A stretch of DNA of 64,000 nucleotides. It comes from Pecten maximus. Lineage: Eukaryota. The notes under the pieces are model-generated. The model did no database searches and was not told the origin of the DNA. It saw only the letters and a list, made by a program, of their open reading frames with translations. This document shows, one piece after another, positions 25,861 to 39,400 of the stretch. Position numbers and translations under genes: made by a program. The stretch covers positions 35,960,001 through 36,024,000 of the forward strand of contig NC_047021.1 in NCBI RefSeq assembly GCF_902652985.1. Reading direction: 5' to 3'. Positions within the stretch are counted from its first letter, which is position 1, and every line of letters begins with the position of its first letter.

Positions 25861-28216
25861 AATTCCAAAAGGGAGACATTAGAAAGAAAAAAAGGTTGTT
25901 TAGAACGAGGAGAAACATATATGATCCCTAATCCAGCCGGGTCTTACAATCACGCGAACAGCAGATACACAACTTGCAATTATTAAACTCTACCTACAGG
26001 ACAATGGCAGAATGAGTTGGGGCTAGGATCACAAATTATTTAAATCTGAGATATATATTCTTTTTCAGTGTCCAATACTGTTATATATATGCATACATTT
26101 AAACAATGCGATTGTTTTCTTTTGCGTGCAATTTCTACGGCAACTTCATGAGAAACTGCTAGCGTACATGTAGAGGATGTATGGGTGTTCTTCTTCTTGT
26201 TGGTCCGAATTTCCAACGGCTCATATGTGATGAATGAAGGATTAAAACCCCAATACTTCAATCATTATTATTTCTTCTTATTCCTAACATATAAATATTT
26301 TAATTGAGCTTAGTGTATTTAGCCTAATACGTAATTCAGCAATTATCATACTAAGCAAAACAATTTATTAATATCATCATTAACTAGTCAAACACGATTG
26401 TTGTTTATCAGCGACTTAATATTGAAGAAGCTTGCTTGGACTTTCGACATGGTTGTTCATACGATGAATGAGAAATAAGTTGTATAATATGCGAAACCTT
26501 TACGTTCTACATAGATAGTTTAACACAACAAGTACATTAGTACATATTTATAACATACTATGGCATTGTCACTATTCAACCATACAAACAGTAGTTGAAC
26601 ATTACCATCTTATAAACTGCCAAGTGGCGCATTTATAATGGTCCAAGTGAAACATACCAAAGAGGCAGAAAAAAATATTAAATGTACATTTTTTTTGAAA
26701 AACTATACGGACTTTGACGGAAATATTTCGTATTTGCATAATGTTAATTAACATTAGATAATTGTAAACATTGATTATAACCATTGTCTTTTTATGCGGA
26801 ACAACATGGTAGCGCTTTTTACAGTTTCACAGTCGAGAATGACAGGGTAACTTGAATTCCGTTCATTATAGTGAGAACTAGCGCTTAGTGTTAAAGGTGC
26901 CTTTATCCAGTTGGCATTATCAGCCCATAACTGCCAACTGAAAGCAGTTCATTGCTTAATTACAATACAGATTAGACACATATTTTATATACAGTGAAAG
27001 AATCACTCCAGAAGACATGACACACTTATGTTTGTGAAGTCATATTACTACTTGGTGACTGTTCAGTGTATGCCCTAATAACTAGGTAGATATATACTTT
27101 AGCCATTCACCAGAGAAGGCGATATGATTATTTAAAAAGGTGTATGGTTGACTGAAAAAAAGACAGTAGGACAGACGGGTTATTGTATACGGCTTGTTTC
27201 ATTCACCTCTAGCATCTTACACGAACGCATACCTTGTATAAAGGTTTTAACATACGAAATGGGTATCCATTACATATGTGGCGAGCATAAATGTTTAAGA
27301 TTAAAGGTAGGGAGGAGTTTCACGAGTTCCATATGAAATTAGATACTTTCTAGATTGTGTAGGTGTCATAGGAAACTATGCATGCATTCGGAAGAACACC
27401 ATTTTTGACAGATTTAAAGTTTCCAAAGCTCCCACCACATGTTAAATTAGATATGTCCATTGCATACGTCAGGATACTCACATTTTTCTTCCACGCTAAA
27501 AATCGCTATCGGTTTTTTATGGCAAAGACTCAATCCCTAGCTGTAATGCCATCCGTAGATATTGAAATAAAACATCCGTCATAAACCCGAGAAGAATTAT
27601 TTAATATGTCAAGTTAATTCTTTGTCATTAAACAAAGATCGTTATACTAATTCTAAATAAAGCATTATTTCTTGTTATAAGACATATTTGTGTTTTTATA
27701 TATGTACCACATGGTCTATACAATGGAGGCATGGACTCTACGATATTTCCTCACAAAAACACCGCTTGTTTCCTTGATATAACTATTTAATTTGTAGTAA
27801 AACACACACACACAAAAAAGAAAAGAAAAAAACGAAAAAAACCCCCAAAAAACCGAAACAAACCAAAAACACAAAAACAAAAAACCGTATGAGATGTCTT
27901 TTTAAATATTTCGCAAGAACTCCGATTTTTGTATGTTGAAAATCGGTAGGTAATTCGTATCGGTACGCATATAATGAGTTGACGGATAACGGTCGTCAAT
28001 ACCGTCTTGATTTTAATAATAACACTTGAAACAAAACAAGTAAGGGGTTTTTAAATTCATTATTCGCCTTGAGAGCTGTTTCCTGAAAACATGACATATT
28101 TTTCACGTGGATATACTACAGCCCTTTAGCTTATGACAACTCGTCTCCATTTTAGTCTTAATAATACGATTCATTGTAAAGTGCAATCTGACACATGCGT
28201 TATATGTTTGTTGCAG

Positions 28217-28367
28217 TTGGTGCGCGCGCTGATGTAGAGTGCGGGACTGTGACGTACATGACATTTAACTCCGCCAATGTCCCAGTGTCCACTACTGCTC
28301 CCCGTGTCTGCTATGGCGAGTACATGTGCTGCGGGGATTCCCCCAATGAGTATTGCTGCAACAGTTT
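28217..28367 (+). CDS. Gene A exon 2: extracellular Cys-rich (Shisa/CYYR1-like) domain
   Basis: ttgcag| acceptor and |gtaagt donor. Encodes GARADVECGTVTYMTFNSANVPVSTTAPRVCYGEYMCCGDSPNEYCCNS (C..C..CCG..YCC pattern). Confidence 0.85.
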
Positions 28368-28487
28368 GTAAGTATTTTGAAGACTAATGGACCGAAAACA
28401 CTATACATGTATTACTCTCGTCTGCACATGTAATTTCAGATGTAAGGGCACGTGGTCTTAACGTCAGTTATATTACAATTTAACCAT

Positions 28488-28705
28488 GGCCGCGGTAGCC
28501 GAGTGGTTCAGGTGTCCCGACACTTTATCACTAGCCCTCCACTTCTGGGTTACGAGTTCGAAACTCACGTGGGGCAGTTGCCAGGTACTGACCGTAGGCC
28601 GGTGGTTTTTCCCAGGGTACTTCGGCTTTCCTCAACCTCAAAAATCAGGCACATCCTTAAATGACACTGGCTGTTAATAGGCCCTTAAACAACATGAACC
28701 AAACA
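28488..28705 (+). mobile_element. tRNA-derived SINE with a V-domain-like core, in intron 2 of gene A
   Basis: A box tagccgagtgg; B box gagttcgaaac; core ggtttttcccagggtacttcggctttcctc; 3' tail ccttaaatgacactggctgttaatagg...aaccaaac. Confidence 0.8.
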
Positions 28706-29688
28706 ATTAACCTAACCCTCAGGACGTGTAGCGCTAAAGGCAAACCTCTGATAGTAGACAGAAGTTTAACAGTTGGACGTTTCCTTTAGCAACTCTTCCC
28801 ATCTTTTTGTTCTTGCGTTGGAATATCACATACACTGTATCTTGTATCTGACAATAACCCAAGAAATTAGGCGAAAATGGAATATAAATATTTTCACACT
28901 TCTTTATTGGCCAATAGTGTTACGTCACTGTCAATAGAAAGTAATATTAATCGGCCGTGCAAGGAAAAGTTGGTAAAAAAAGCTGATTAACCAGTTGTAC
29001 AATATTTGATAATAATGGAGTTCAGCTCTTTATGGAACATGAGCAAGCTGCCATCATATAACTAGTTGCTTGTGGACGTGCATTTCCCAAGATTTGATAT
29101 ATATATATTATAAATAGAGGTTACACAAACCACGAGTTTATGACACAATAGAAAGACTATTCTGAGGATGAAATGACTTGTTTTGTGTCAACGTGTGTTT
29201 TTTTCACAAAAGAAGGTGTTATGTAAGGATACGACCTAAATGGAAATGACACTTGTTAATGTGCAAAACTGACCATTTCGGGAATGCATGAAAATAGTAC
29301 ATTTTATTACAAATCACACCAAATAATAGAAAAGATTATTAGTATTCATTTCAAAATCAATAAATTGATAAATATCCATGCATCATTTCAAGAATATGAC
29401 AGAAACAACCGCGCTCGAGTAAAAGTGTTAAAATTTTGAATATGTTTGGTAAGTATTTGTTTCGTGCTACAGCGAAAAGAAAAGCCCTGCTTGCAAGTAA
29501 TTAAATTGATCTTAGTTTGTTGCTATTATTGTTCATCATTTTTCATCAGTGTCACTGTTGCTTCTGTAGATTTTTATATAGTATGACGTCATCCGTTATG
29601 ACGTATCGTTACTATGTATGACGTCAAGGTTTTGTCATATAATTCAATAAGTTGAAACTGGTGAGTTAACAGTGTATATTGATAACAC

Positions 29689-29848
29689 ATATGGATTGAA
29701 TAGATTTTTTAAATTTTCATTGCGGCTATGAATACCAGTAGCTAGCTACATATTCCGTGGCGCGCGGTAGCGCGCCTCGGAGGATATTTAGCTAGCTACT
29801 GGTATTCATAGCCGCAATGAAAATTTAAAAAATCTATTCAATTCATAT
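29689..29848. repeat. Near-perfect 160-bp palindrome centred on ggcgcgcggtagcgcgcc
   Basis: gaatagattttttaaattttcattgcggctatgaataccagtagctagcta / tagctagctactggtattcatagccgcaatgaaaatttaaaaaatctattc. Confidence 0.92.
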
Positions 29849-30576
29849 ATTTACATAACCTTGATTTAAAAAATTTATATCGAGAAAACGAGAAATTTTA
29901 TTAAAAAGAAAAATTTGTCATGTATACGACGAAACGCCAAATTATTAGAACAGCCGGGAGATCCCGCCTTTGCACCACGCCATTGTTTTAATGTCGTTCC
30001 GCATTTTCCGGTCTTTTTTGTTTAATTTTGTATAAAACAAAAAGAAAGAAGTATTAAAGTAAAAATAATATTAAATACAATCATTCAATATTTTGAACAC
30101 TTATCTCGTACCAACGTTATCGATCCAAGGGAAGCTACTCTTCCTGTCTTACTGTCGATGGCGTATTAATATGACCCGATTAATCAGGTGATTTGCACGA
30201 GAGACAATGTTTTCATACGGTTTTCATAGTGTATTCATGGTCATATGTTTGTTGTTTTCACTTGGCATGTTCATATCAGCAAACCACATTAGGAATGTAA
30301 ATATAATGTAGTAACAACATGTCTTGTACATCTCATTAGTATTGATGGTAATATTGTCCTCCGCCATCTTATGCTTGTCTATGTCATGATGATTACGAAA
30401 ATGTTTGTACTGTTCCCTATATGCTTGTTTTGCATTTGGATGAAATAAAAACTATAAACTATTATCTCCAGACATCTTGAAGCAGCCTATAAATGCTAGC
30501 CAATCAAATCGCATAGAATCACATCAGTAGACAATAACCACTGTCACCTAAATTAATTTCTTTTGTTTATCCGTAG

Positions 30577-30680
30577 TTCACCCGCCGGAATCGCCGCCAT
30601 CTTGATCGCCATTCTTTGCCTTATTGGGGCCATCATCGTCATCGTCCTTATCATATATACCATCTGCTGGAGACGACGAG
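30577..30680 (+). CDS. Gene A exon 3: transmembrane helix
   Basis: ccgtag| ... |gtaagt. Encodes SPAGIAAILIAILCLIGAIIVIVLIIYTICWRRR; phases 2/1 fit the neighbouring exons. Confidence 0.87.
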
Positions 30681-32095
30681 GTAAGTGCTATCAATATCGT
30701 CAACGATATTTAGATAATTCTGTATTCGGCGCTGTACATATATATTAAGTTAGAGTGAAAATGCTGTCTGGATTCAGAGACAAATTGATTATATTTAAAG
30801 CCTAGTGAATCCAAATGTATTTCATTTCACACCCCAAAGTCTGTTTTATCTATAAGGAATCAGTTCAATACAAGTAACCGGTAAATAACTGAATAGATAT
30901 GTTCCATTCAATGACATAATAGCGCGATAATACTGTAGCTTTGCAATTTGTGGATTGATGGTAAACATACAATGGCATATCATTTACTATTACTCATTAG
31001 TGCATACGTATTTTAGTTTATGTCCGTTTCCTAGTAGTAAATTAAATACAATATGGGCCATAACAAATACTCAAAACATTGGATATCATGTGTGTATATG
31101 GTGTAATTTACACAACATCAATGACTAATCATCAAACTCTTGCTAACTGCACTTCTAAGTATCTTTGTCGCAAAAAAAAACAACAACAAAAAACATCAAC
31201 AACAAATGCATTTGGCATTTAAATCATTTCCCCAACTCGCTAAGGCCAGCATTACGAAAATTAAAGGTTTAATAACATTGAAAATTTACCCCATGGGCAT
31301 TTCTATTCATAGTTTCAGAAATTGTAGAAGATCGCAGTTTGTGACGTTACATAATGTGCTGTATTTATAACACATTCCCGTATTCCAAAATATGATTTAC
31401 ATCGTATATTTCGTCATTGTCTCTTGTAAAACAGTAAAAATATGTTTTGATAGCAGTAAAATAATGTATTAGTATTAAAATAGTTTAACAGCCCGAACAA
31501 CCGCACATTAATTTTCGTCAAGAGTTTTATATACCACCTTGCATTTTGAAAGCTGAAGAGTATGTAAAGACTATTTTCCCCTGAATTTCTGTTCATCTGA
31601 AGCATCAAAACACAGCGATCAATAAGTCGGGGCGGTTGTCTAGTTAGCAAAAAGGTTTTCTCACGATAACTTGCGTTCCGTTACAAAAACAACCCTCACC
31701 CATCCTTCATGAGATTTTTTGTTTTGCATTACGCTTCGTGTCTGAAGGTCAAACATCAATTCCGCTTTCCATTGATCAAATAATACTTTTACGCTTTATA
31801 GTTAAGTCTATCGAAAATTATGTATTGTTCATTTCCTTCTTTAAAAAGTGCTTGCTGGTACGATATGTCCATAGAATATTGAAATTTGATTCGGACACAA
31901 CCTCTTATTGTATAATATTCTTCGTTTGCTCATAAATGCGAACTCTGTATTTGTGTTTTATCTATATATCCCGCCGATAATCATTAAATTCCTGTTTAAA
32001 CCTTTACTACAATAGTCAGTATAATAGTATATAGTTTGTTTTTATACGTTTGATAGTGTCCATGTGTATAACACGAGGATTTACATTTGTTTCAG

Positions 32096-33240
32096 TAATT
32101 CAGGAGGAAGTCGTTGAAGTACAGGAAGAACACCCACCACCGATGGAGCCGCTTCCGGGAATGGAAACGATCGGGGCGCCGCCAAAGCATTTGCTTATGC
32201 CACCACAACCTATGATGGTGCCACCAATGCGACAGGAAGTGATCGTTCAGCCACCACCCCCGCCCCAGCCTATTCAAATAGTTCCAGTGATTGGGCCACC
32301 CCCTCCACCTCTCCCTCCAAAGATAGTATTCATGGAAGTGCCCGCACCTCCACCACAACCACGCCAGACCCTCTACGTAGAAGTACCCCCCTTACCAAGA
32401 CCAGACACACCACCACCTCCTCTTGTCAAGCTTGCTCTTCCTCCAATTCCCAGACCAAGGACACCGCCAGCACCAGTTGTACATGTCGATGCACCAAAGA
32501 TACCTCCAATTCCCGAAGCTCCTGCACCAATCGTGTACGTTGAACCGCCAGAGTTGCCCGAGATTCCTCGGCCTCCTACGCCCATTGTCCACGTCGCAGC
32601 CCCAAGGCTACCAAGAATTCCAACTCCCCCCGCCCCTGTAGTTATGATAGACCCCCCTGTACAGCCAAGACCAAGAACGCCTCCACCTCCAATCGTAATG
32701 ATGAATCCACCACCTCCAGCACCGCCACCACCTCCTCCACAAGTAGTGTATGTTGATCCACCACGACCTCCTACACCACAGCGAGAAGTCGTCTATGTCG
32801 AGCCTCCACAACCGGAGCCACAATTAGTTTACGTCGAACAAGAAAAACCAAGATTAAGGCGAATCGAAGTAGAACCCGAACCTACTCGAATAATCGAAAC
32901 AGTTCAGATGCCGGAAAACATTTACGCGCGCAGTCTCCGTCAATCTGCGTTCAGGTCTTATGAGGAGCCTACAAGAGCCAAGATAGTTGAACTGGATCGA
33001 AGCCCAACAATACAGCGCCGGACATTAGTACACGAAGATGACTATGGTTCCCCTCGACTGCGACGTTCTATGCGCGCAACAGTTGTCCGTGATGGCGATT
33101 ATCGGCAATCACATCGCGCCACCGTGAGGGAAAAGGACGACGATGCATACGGCGGTGGAGAGGGATTTGTGTACCGTGGACTTGGTCGGAGCACAAGACG
33201 CGTGGGCGAACCGGACCCGGACGAATATTTCTTTAATTAA
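32096..33240 (+). CDS. Gene A exon 4: long proline-rich cytoplasmic tail (total protein 486 aa)
   Basis: tttcag| acceptor in phase 1 inside ORF 32050-33240; ends PDPDEYFFN*. AATAAA near 34142 is a candidate polyA signal. Confidence 0.88.
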
Positions 33241-35013
33241 GGTTATCAAATATTGAAGGATTATCTGAGAATTAATTACTCTCATGTATGTGTCCATGGA
33301 TCCAAAGTACTATGGAATCACTATATAAAAAGCTAATGGAACAGAATGATATTGCAGCGGGAGGCCGATAATCCATTCTACTTCCTCAATAAGATCGAAT
33401 TGATCAGAAGCTGTGAGACAATCTATGGAGAGCCTGAATCGGCGTAAATGTGTTATCCAAAATTGTGGAATAACTAACCTCAAAGTAAGGCTCGCGGATA
33501 GTTAAGAATGGAAACTTTGTTCTTAACTTATACACTTCCGGTGCCAACTTTTCTTTTGTATCTAATACGACAAGCTACTTGGAGTGTAGCTTGTCCCCAA
33601 CTTATTTTCATCCATTGACTTTTATAAAAGAAACATAAAAAAGAGAAAAAGAAAAAAGTTGATGGATAAGGGGTCATTATGTCAACTTTAGAACACGCAG
33701 CCCGGTCACGCGTTGAGGCAACGGGTTAACAAATGACACATCACTCATGTACAGTTTACATTGTCATATTTTACAACTAAGCTTTGTTGTAGAAGCAGAC
33801 TTTCGTAATGTCATAAAATCAACGTTTCGGACACGCTTCATATTGCATATTACCATACATATTTCATTAAATGTGTTAATGCAAAAAAGTGCACATCAAT
33901 ATGCAATAAGTGCAATGTTAAACACAATAAAGTCATTGGAGGACGTGGCTTTAGTGCTGTATATGACTGCTGAGCCACTGAAACTGTTATTGCCAAAATA
34001 TCTGCTGAAGAATTATACGGTATTCAGTATATTTGGTAGAATTGTACATGTATACACTTATCGTTCAAAACCTGTTTTTGTATAATTGGTTTAAAATATC
34101 ACAAAATCAAATATTGTTCAATACAGATTTCATAATTTGAGAATAAATAAAGTACACAATCTCTATTGTCATTATGAATTCGACATTTAACGCCGTGTCT
34201 TGATTTTAGCAATGATTTAATAACAAAAAGAAATGAATTTACTTTTTTTCAATTCGATTTTAACTAGAGTAAGAGTAAATTGTTTTCTTAATGTATTCAA
34301 ATTATTTCACTCTTAAATGAACGATGACAAGACAGATATGTAAATTCATTGCTACATTTGAAATGACCTCTTAATACATTTGCAGAAATAAAAAAAGCAC
34401 CAAACATTTAAAAAAAACAACAACAATAAAACTAAAAACTGAAAACAATTGTCTTCTTCATTAATTTACATTTGGTGACCTTTGAGTTTACATACTTCAA
34501 GTCCTGCTGAGCGTAGATGACGTCAGCTTATACTTATATATAATATAGTATGTATATTGTATTGTATATTGTATTGTATATTCATAACTAAAACAGAACC
34601 CCTTTAATTGTATCATGTTCGTGTTCAAAACATGCATGTATCTACAATTGCAAGTGATTTTATGAAATTATAAATTATAATTGTAATAGTTGATAATGCA
34701 TTTGTTGTTTCTTATTTATGTTCTATGTACGTAAAGATGTTTTTTTCTGACTTAAGAGCAAACACAAAAAAACAAGGATTTGAATGCAAGTCCTTAAAAA
34801 TACATGGTACATAAGACCAGACGTTCCAGAAGAGTAAACATCCTATGCTTCCTCGACGACACCTGCCATACAAATCAAGGTCAAATCGGAGCGTTGCCAA
34901 CAGATACATATGTATTGTGACAATATGTGATCAAAACGATAACAAAGATATGACGTTAACTGTTTGTTGAAATAATGGAATGAAAATAAACATCTCCAAC
35001 ATACTCCAAGCAG

Positions 35014-35246
35014 GGCCCAGTTGTTCAAAAGGTGATTAGCGTAATCACGTGATTAGTAAAAATTTCATGTCTCCTTTATTTTAAGTCCTATGTGTTAGCA
35101 ATCTTCAAAATAAGCAGGTAGGAAGAGACTTACAAGTGTTATAGTTTCACAAAATATTGTCAAGTTAGTTTTACCAGAAAATATATCAGGATTTTAATAT
35201 TGTTTTAAACTGTGATTAGCCTAATAATCTTTTGAACAACTGGGCC
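35014..35246 (+). mobile_element. PIF/Harbinger-like MITE
   Basis: TIRs ggcccagttgttcaaaag / cttttgaacaactgggcc; 3-bp TSD CAG on both sides. Confidence 0.85.
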
Positions 35247-37235
35247 CAGGGCATATCAGTAATAGGGAACGCGAGGAAGCTGATATTCAGGTTCTTTGTA
35301 TATTAGTCGATTTGAGATAATTGGTATCACCCAATCCATTCACAATGCAATTACTTTGTTAATTAAAGTACTGCGAGTATATCAATGAGAGGATGCTAAT
35401 TTTATGGTTGTATGAATCTTATAAGATGATTTGTAATAAAATATGTCTTAACTATTAACTGGGAGCGAAACGTGTATTTTCATCGTCATTTAGAAAACGC
35501 TGCGCAAACTCTATTCGTCAAATCACTTGCGTAGAAATTCCCGTTATACAATTTGAATGGTTGAATTGAAAATCTGGGAGAGATCTTGCGAGAATGATGA
35601 CGGAATGACATTTTGTTTCAGACTGACTTCTGACTTCTTCATGGAAGTACCTAGCACAAATATATGTCTATGCCTCAAAATGATAATCAAAATCATTTTT
35701 GCAACTTATAATGGTATTGTAATGCTAAGGCGCTGTTAATCATGAAATAATGTGTTCAGTCGAAGTATTCCGAGAAAGCGCTTCATCGTTTAATTCTGGG
35801 CGCAGAGGTTTCTCAATTCGGCCCAATGGACAACGGAACTCCGGCGATATATTAATTGAAATTGTAAAAACATCTACTTCCTCTCATCTAAACCTCTAAA
35901 CTATTAAACACAAAAACACAGAGGAGACAGATATTATCCAAATAAGGGACAGCAGTCAGCATAATACATATGTACAAGCAGCGTAGTGTTGCACTAAAAC
36001 AGTCTTCACAAGCTATGTGAGAATGGTGTATTCGTGTGCTGCCTTATATAAGGCCGTGAAGGATTTCGAAATGTAACACTGACTAAATGAAAACGTTTGT
36101 GAATTTTAAAAGAGAATTGTTTAGTTAGCATCAATTGTCGTTAATTTGCCTACGTTTATCTTGCCGTCAACCTTCATGTCATCTGCCACCCAAATTCTAT
36201 TTATGTCGCGACTGTTCGCTAGCACCTGGTAACTATATATGCGATGCTAACATATTCTACACCGCTTAAACTTCTTAAACAACTTTTTTTAAACAACAAA
36301 CATGCAAGTGTATTGCCAGATATAAACAGAAAAATTCAAAATGGCGTCGTCATGTTAACGGAAACGGCGTCACAGAGATGGTACTACTCTTTCAAAACTT
36401 GAAATAAAAAGAAAATTGGACGGTTTCCGTTGATTAAAACATATGTTTCACAAGTATGACGGAACATACCGATACCTTTCACTCGTGAAATATATATATT
36501 TATGGTGTCAAACCCGTGAAATACATGTATATTATGTACATTTGAATTTAACGTCAAATTCCTCTATATATCAAAATAACACCAATGAATAAAAGTAGCC
36601 TTAAATAATCAGAACAAAGTAACATATTCTTCGACAAACATGTTTTGTTCCAATTAAAGAGAAAAAAATAATTTGTTGGGCTCGGTAGCATAAGTGTTAA
36701 GTATGAAAATGCGATACTGTGTTTTGTACATGTATAATATATAGATTTTATTGTATTCAAAAGACCATATTATTCCTTGCTGTGGAGGAAGCATCGTTAA
36801 TACATTATGTAAGATATACAAAAAATCCTGGTATCGAAAGTAATGGACATGTGTTCATAATGTTTGTTTGAACTCTTTCATGGCCCTTGATAAAATATTC
36901 CTTTGCAATAAACCTTACAGTTTGATCGATATTTTCTAAAGCTCAGCTTTGACAGGTGTTACTCTTTATTCGCATACCTGTGTTGTTCAGAACAGAAACA
37001 TATTTTTAAAAGTAACTACATTTTTTATTGGCTGGTGTATTTACAGTACACACGATGACATTGTTAAAATCCCTTTAAAGGTGGATATATACTGTCAGTT
37101 ATGTCGTTTAAATATCCATGTCTACCTCACACACCTGCCTGTTTATTTACATCCATTCATCCGCGACAGACTACATCGTGTAGCTGTGCGTAAGAGTTAT
37201 AAATAACTGCTGCGAAAGGTCATTTGGGATTCAAC

Positions 37236-37278
37236 ATGGCGGCACTGGGTACGCTGTTATTATTCCTGTCAGGAACAG
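37236..37278 (+). CDS. Gene B exon 1: signal peptide of a cysteine/tyrosine-rich (CYYR1-like) membrane protein
   Basis: caacATGGCG context; MAALGTLLLFLSGT followed by G|gtaagt (phase 1). Joins exon 2 to give ...SGTGVALA-VDCY. Confidence 0.82.
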
Positions 37279-37353
37279 GTAAGTCATTTTACTTGGATTT
37301 ACTTACAGTTATAAATCCTTTGTCGGTTGATTGTCCACCATGTTGTTTATACC

Positions 37354-37435
37354 CAACTTCGCTAGCCAAGGGTGTTCAATACGATACTCTCCTATTCACC
37401 CTTGGCGGATCTCACGACAAAACCGAAGTTCCCGC
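37354..37435 (+). repeat. Left terminal inverted repeat (82 bp) of the AcademH-type element
   Basis: caacttcgctagccaagggtg...accgaagttcccgc is the exact reverse complement of 45876-45957. Confidence 0.97.
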
Positions 37436-37533
37436 ACTGCGCCACCTGCTGGATAATCACAGTTGCGTCCCTTTCATTTACGTAACGCCCGACCAATCAA
37501 AATGCTCGTACTATTGAACAATGAACTGAGAAA

Positions 37534-39400
37534 ATGGCCGCGCCCTTTCAGCAACAAGAAATTGTGTGCAACAAATTTAAAATACAACAGCTTAGGTCGA
37601 CACAGATACGAGCAATCAGTTCAGTTAATGAAGGGAAAGACGTTTTTGTCGGGACAAGAACTGGGAGCGGAAAATCGTTGGCTTATGAAAGTTATCCACT
37701 GTTAAACGAAGGGAAAATTGTGCTTGTGGTTGCGCCTCTTGTTAGTATCATGGACGAACAGTGTCGTCGTCTCAATGAACTAGGATTTAAGGCCACGTAT
37801 ATCGGCAAGAGCAACGGCGACAACGATGCTATTTTAGCTGGACATTTTGATTTCATATTTGGCAGCGCGGAACAGTTAGTGGAAGACACAACATGGCGAG
37901 CTATGCTAACAACTGAACCCTACCAAAGCAAACTTGGTCTTATAGTTGTAGATGAAGCACATACCGTAATAAAGTGGTAAGTTTAGAAACTATTAATATA
38001 TGTAGCACTTCATAATTAGGTGTGAGGTTTCCTGAAAACTTATCAATTTATTATAATTGAAGCAGAGAATGAAATACAAATTATGTCTTATTTCAACTTC
38101 ATCACAATAGTACATCGATTTGAAAAAGAAAAAAAGAAAAAAAAAATTAGTCTATTGGAATGTCTTGTTAATTGTCTATAAACAAACCATGCTAAATGTT
38201 AAATATTCTTTAAATTAAAGGGGCCAAGGTACAGACAAGGAAGGACCTTTTCGAGGTAGTTTCTCGAGGATTGGAGAATTAAGGTCCCTGTGCAACAAGG
38301 TTCAGATCCTTGCTCTGACTGCAACTGCAGGACCAACAGAAAGAAGAAGAATCATGAAGAGTCTATGCTTCAGATCAGAATCAGACATTGTTGTCGATTC
38401 TCCAGACAGACCGAACATAAAGATCACCACCATCTGTATCCCTAACAATGATGATCTTTCAAATGTGTTCAAATTCTTGATTGATGACTTTCAAAGAAAA
38501 ACAATAGCGTTTCCCAGGCATGTGATCTTTTGTGAAAGCATAGCAAATGTTTCTAAGGTGTATTTAACTTTTCTTAAACATGTTGGACAGCTGCGTAATC
38601 ATTTTGAAATGTACCATAGCAAAACAAATGATAAAATCAAGGAACAAATTAGAAAAGACATGTCAGAAAGTGGTAATATCAGAGTTCTGATTTGTACGAA
38701 TTCGGCTGGTATGGGGGTGAATTTTCATGATGTGAACAACATTATCCACTATGGCTTGCCAAGAGAAATGGACACTTTTGTGCAGCAAATGGGTCGAGCT
38801 GGTCGCGATGGAGGATACAGCAATGAACTTGTTTTGTATAAGCTGCACAAAGGACATCTAGGTAGAGTGGAGGGTGAACTAGTAAAACTTGTAAAAGATG
38901 ATGTCACATGCAGGCATAAAACACTGTGTGATTCATACGTGACTGCACATGCACCTATTACACCTAAACATAAATGTTGTGATGTTTGTGAGAAACAATG
39001 CGATTGTGGTGAGGAATGCTGCCCCGACATCCATAAAGTGTTCACAGTTCATGACGATATCGAGGATGAAGATGTTGAAATGGAGAGAGATGTGACAGAT
39101 GAAGACAAGAAAATACTGAAACATAAACTTTCTGTGTTAAAGTATTCACTTGAATCGGATCTAAGCAACATTGTGATGAAATCAGAAATACTGCATGGAA
39201 TAACTGACCAGGTCATTGAAGACGTTGTGTCAAGCTGTCATAAAATTTTTACAACATCTGACGTTTTGAAAATGTTTCCAGTTTGGTCGTTTGAAGTCGC
39301 TGTGGAGATTATGACAGTTATAAATACTGTAACTGGTGACACCGAGATGTACAATATGCTCTCGATGAGTGATGAAGTTTCAGATGATGATGCTGATTAG
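37534..39400 (+). CDS. Transposon-encoded RecQ-like superfamily 2 DEAH helicase; exons 37534-37976 and 38221-39400, 540 aa
   Basis: Motif 0 LRSTQIRAI; Walker A GTRTGSGKS; Ia VVAPLVSIMDEQ; II VDEAH. The TG|gtaagt...aag|G splice restores WGQG..PFRGSFSRIGELR and motif III ALTATA. Also IV IFCES, V CTNSAGMGVN, VI QQMGRAGRDG, and RQC-like Zn ligands CRH...CCDVC. Joined length is 1623 nt with no internal stop. Confidence 0.92.

Noticed and set aside
32050-32095. ORF-track N-terminus of the proline-rich protein
   Set aside because: It starts at TTG and is intronic. The exon begins after tttcag at 32096, in phase with the TM exon.
37534-39400. Host RecQ/WRN/BLM gene
   Set aside because: It lies inside TIRs and a TSD within another gene's intron and lacks the extensions of cellular RecQ proteins, so no gene symbol is assigned.
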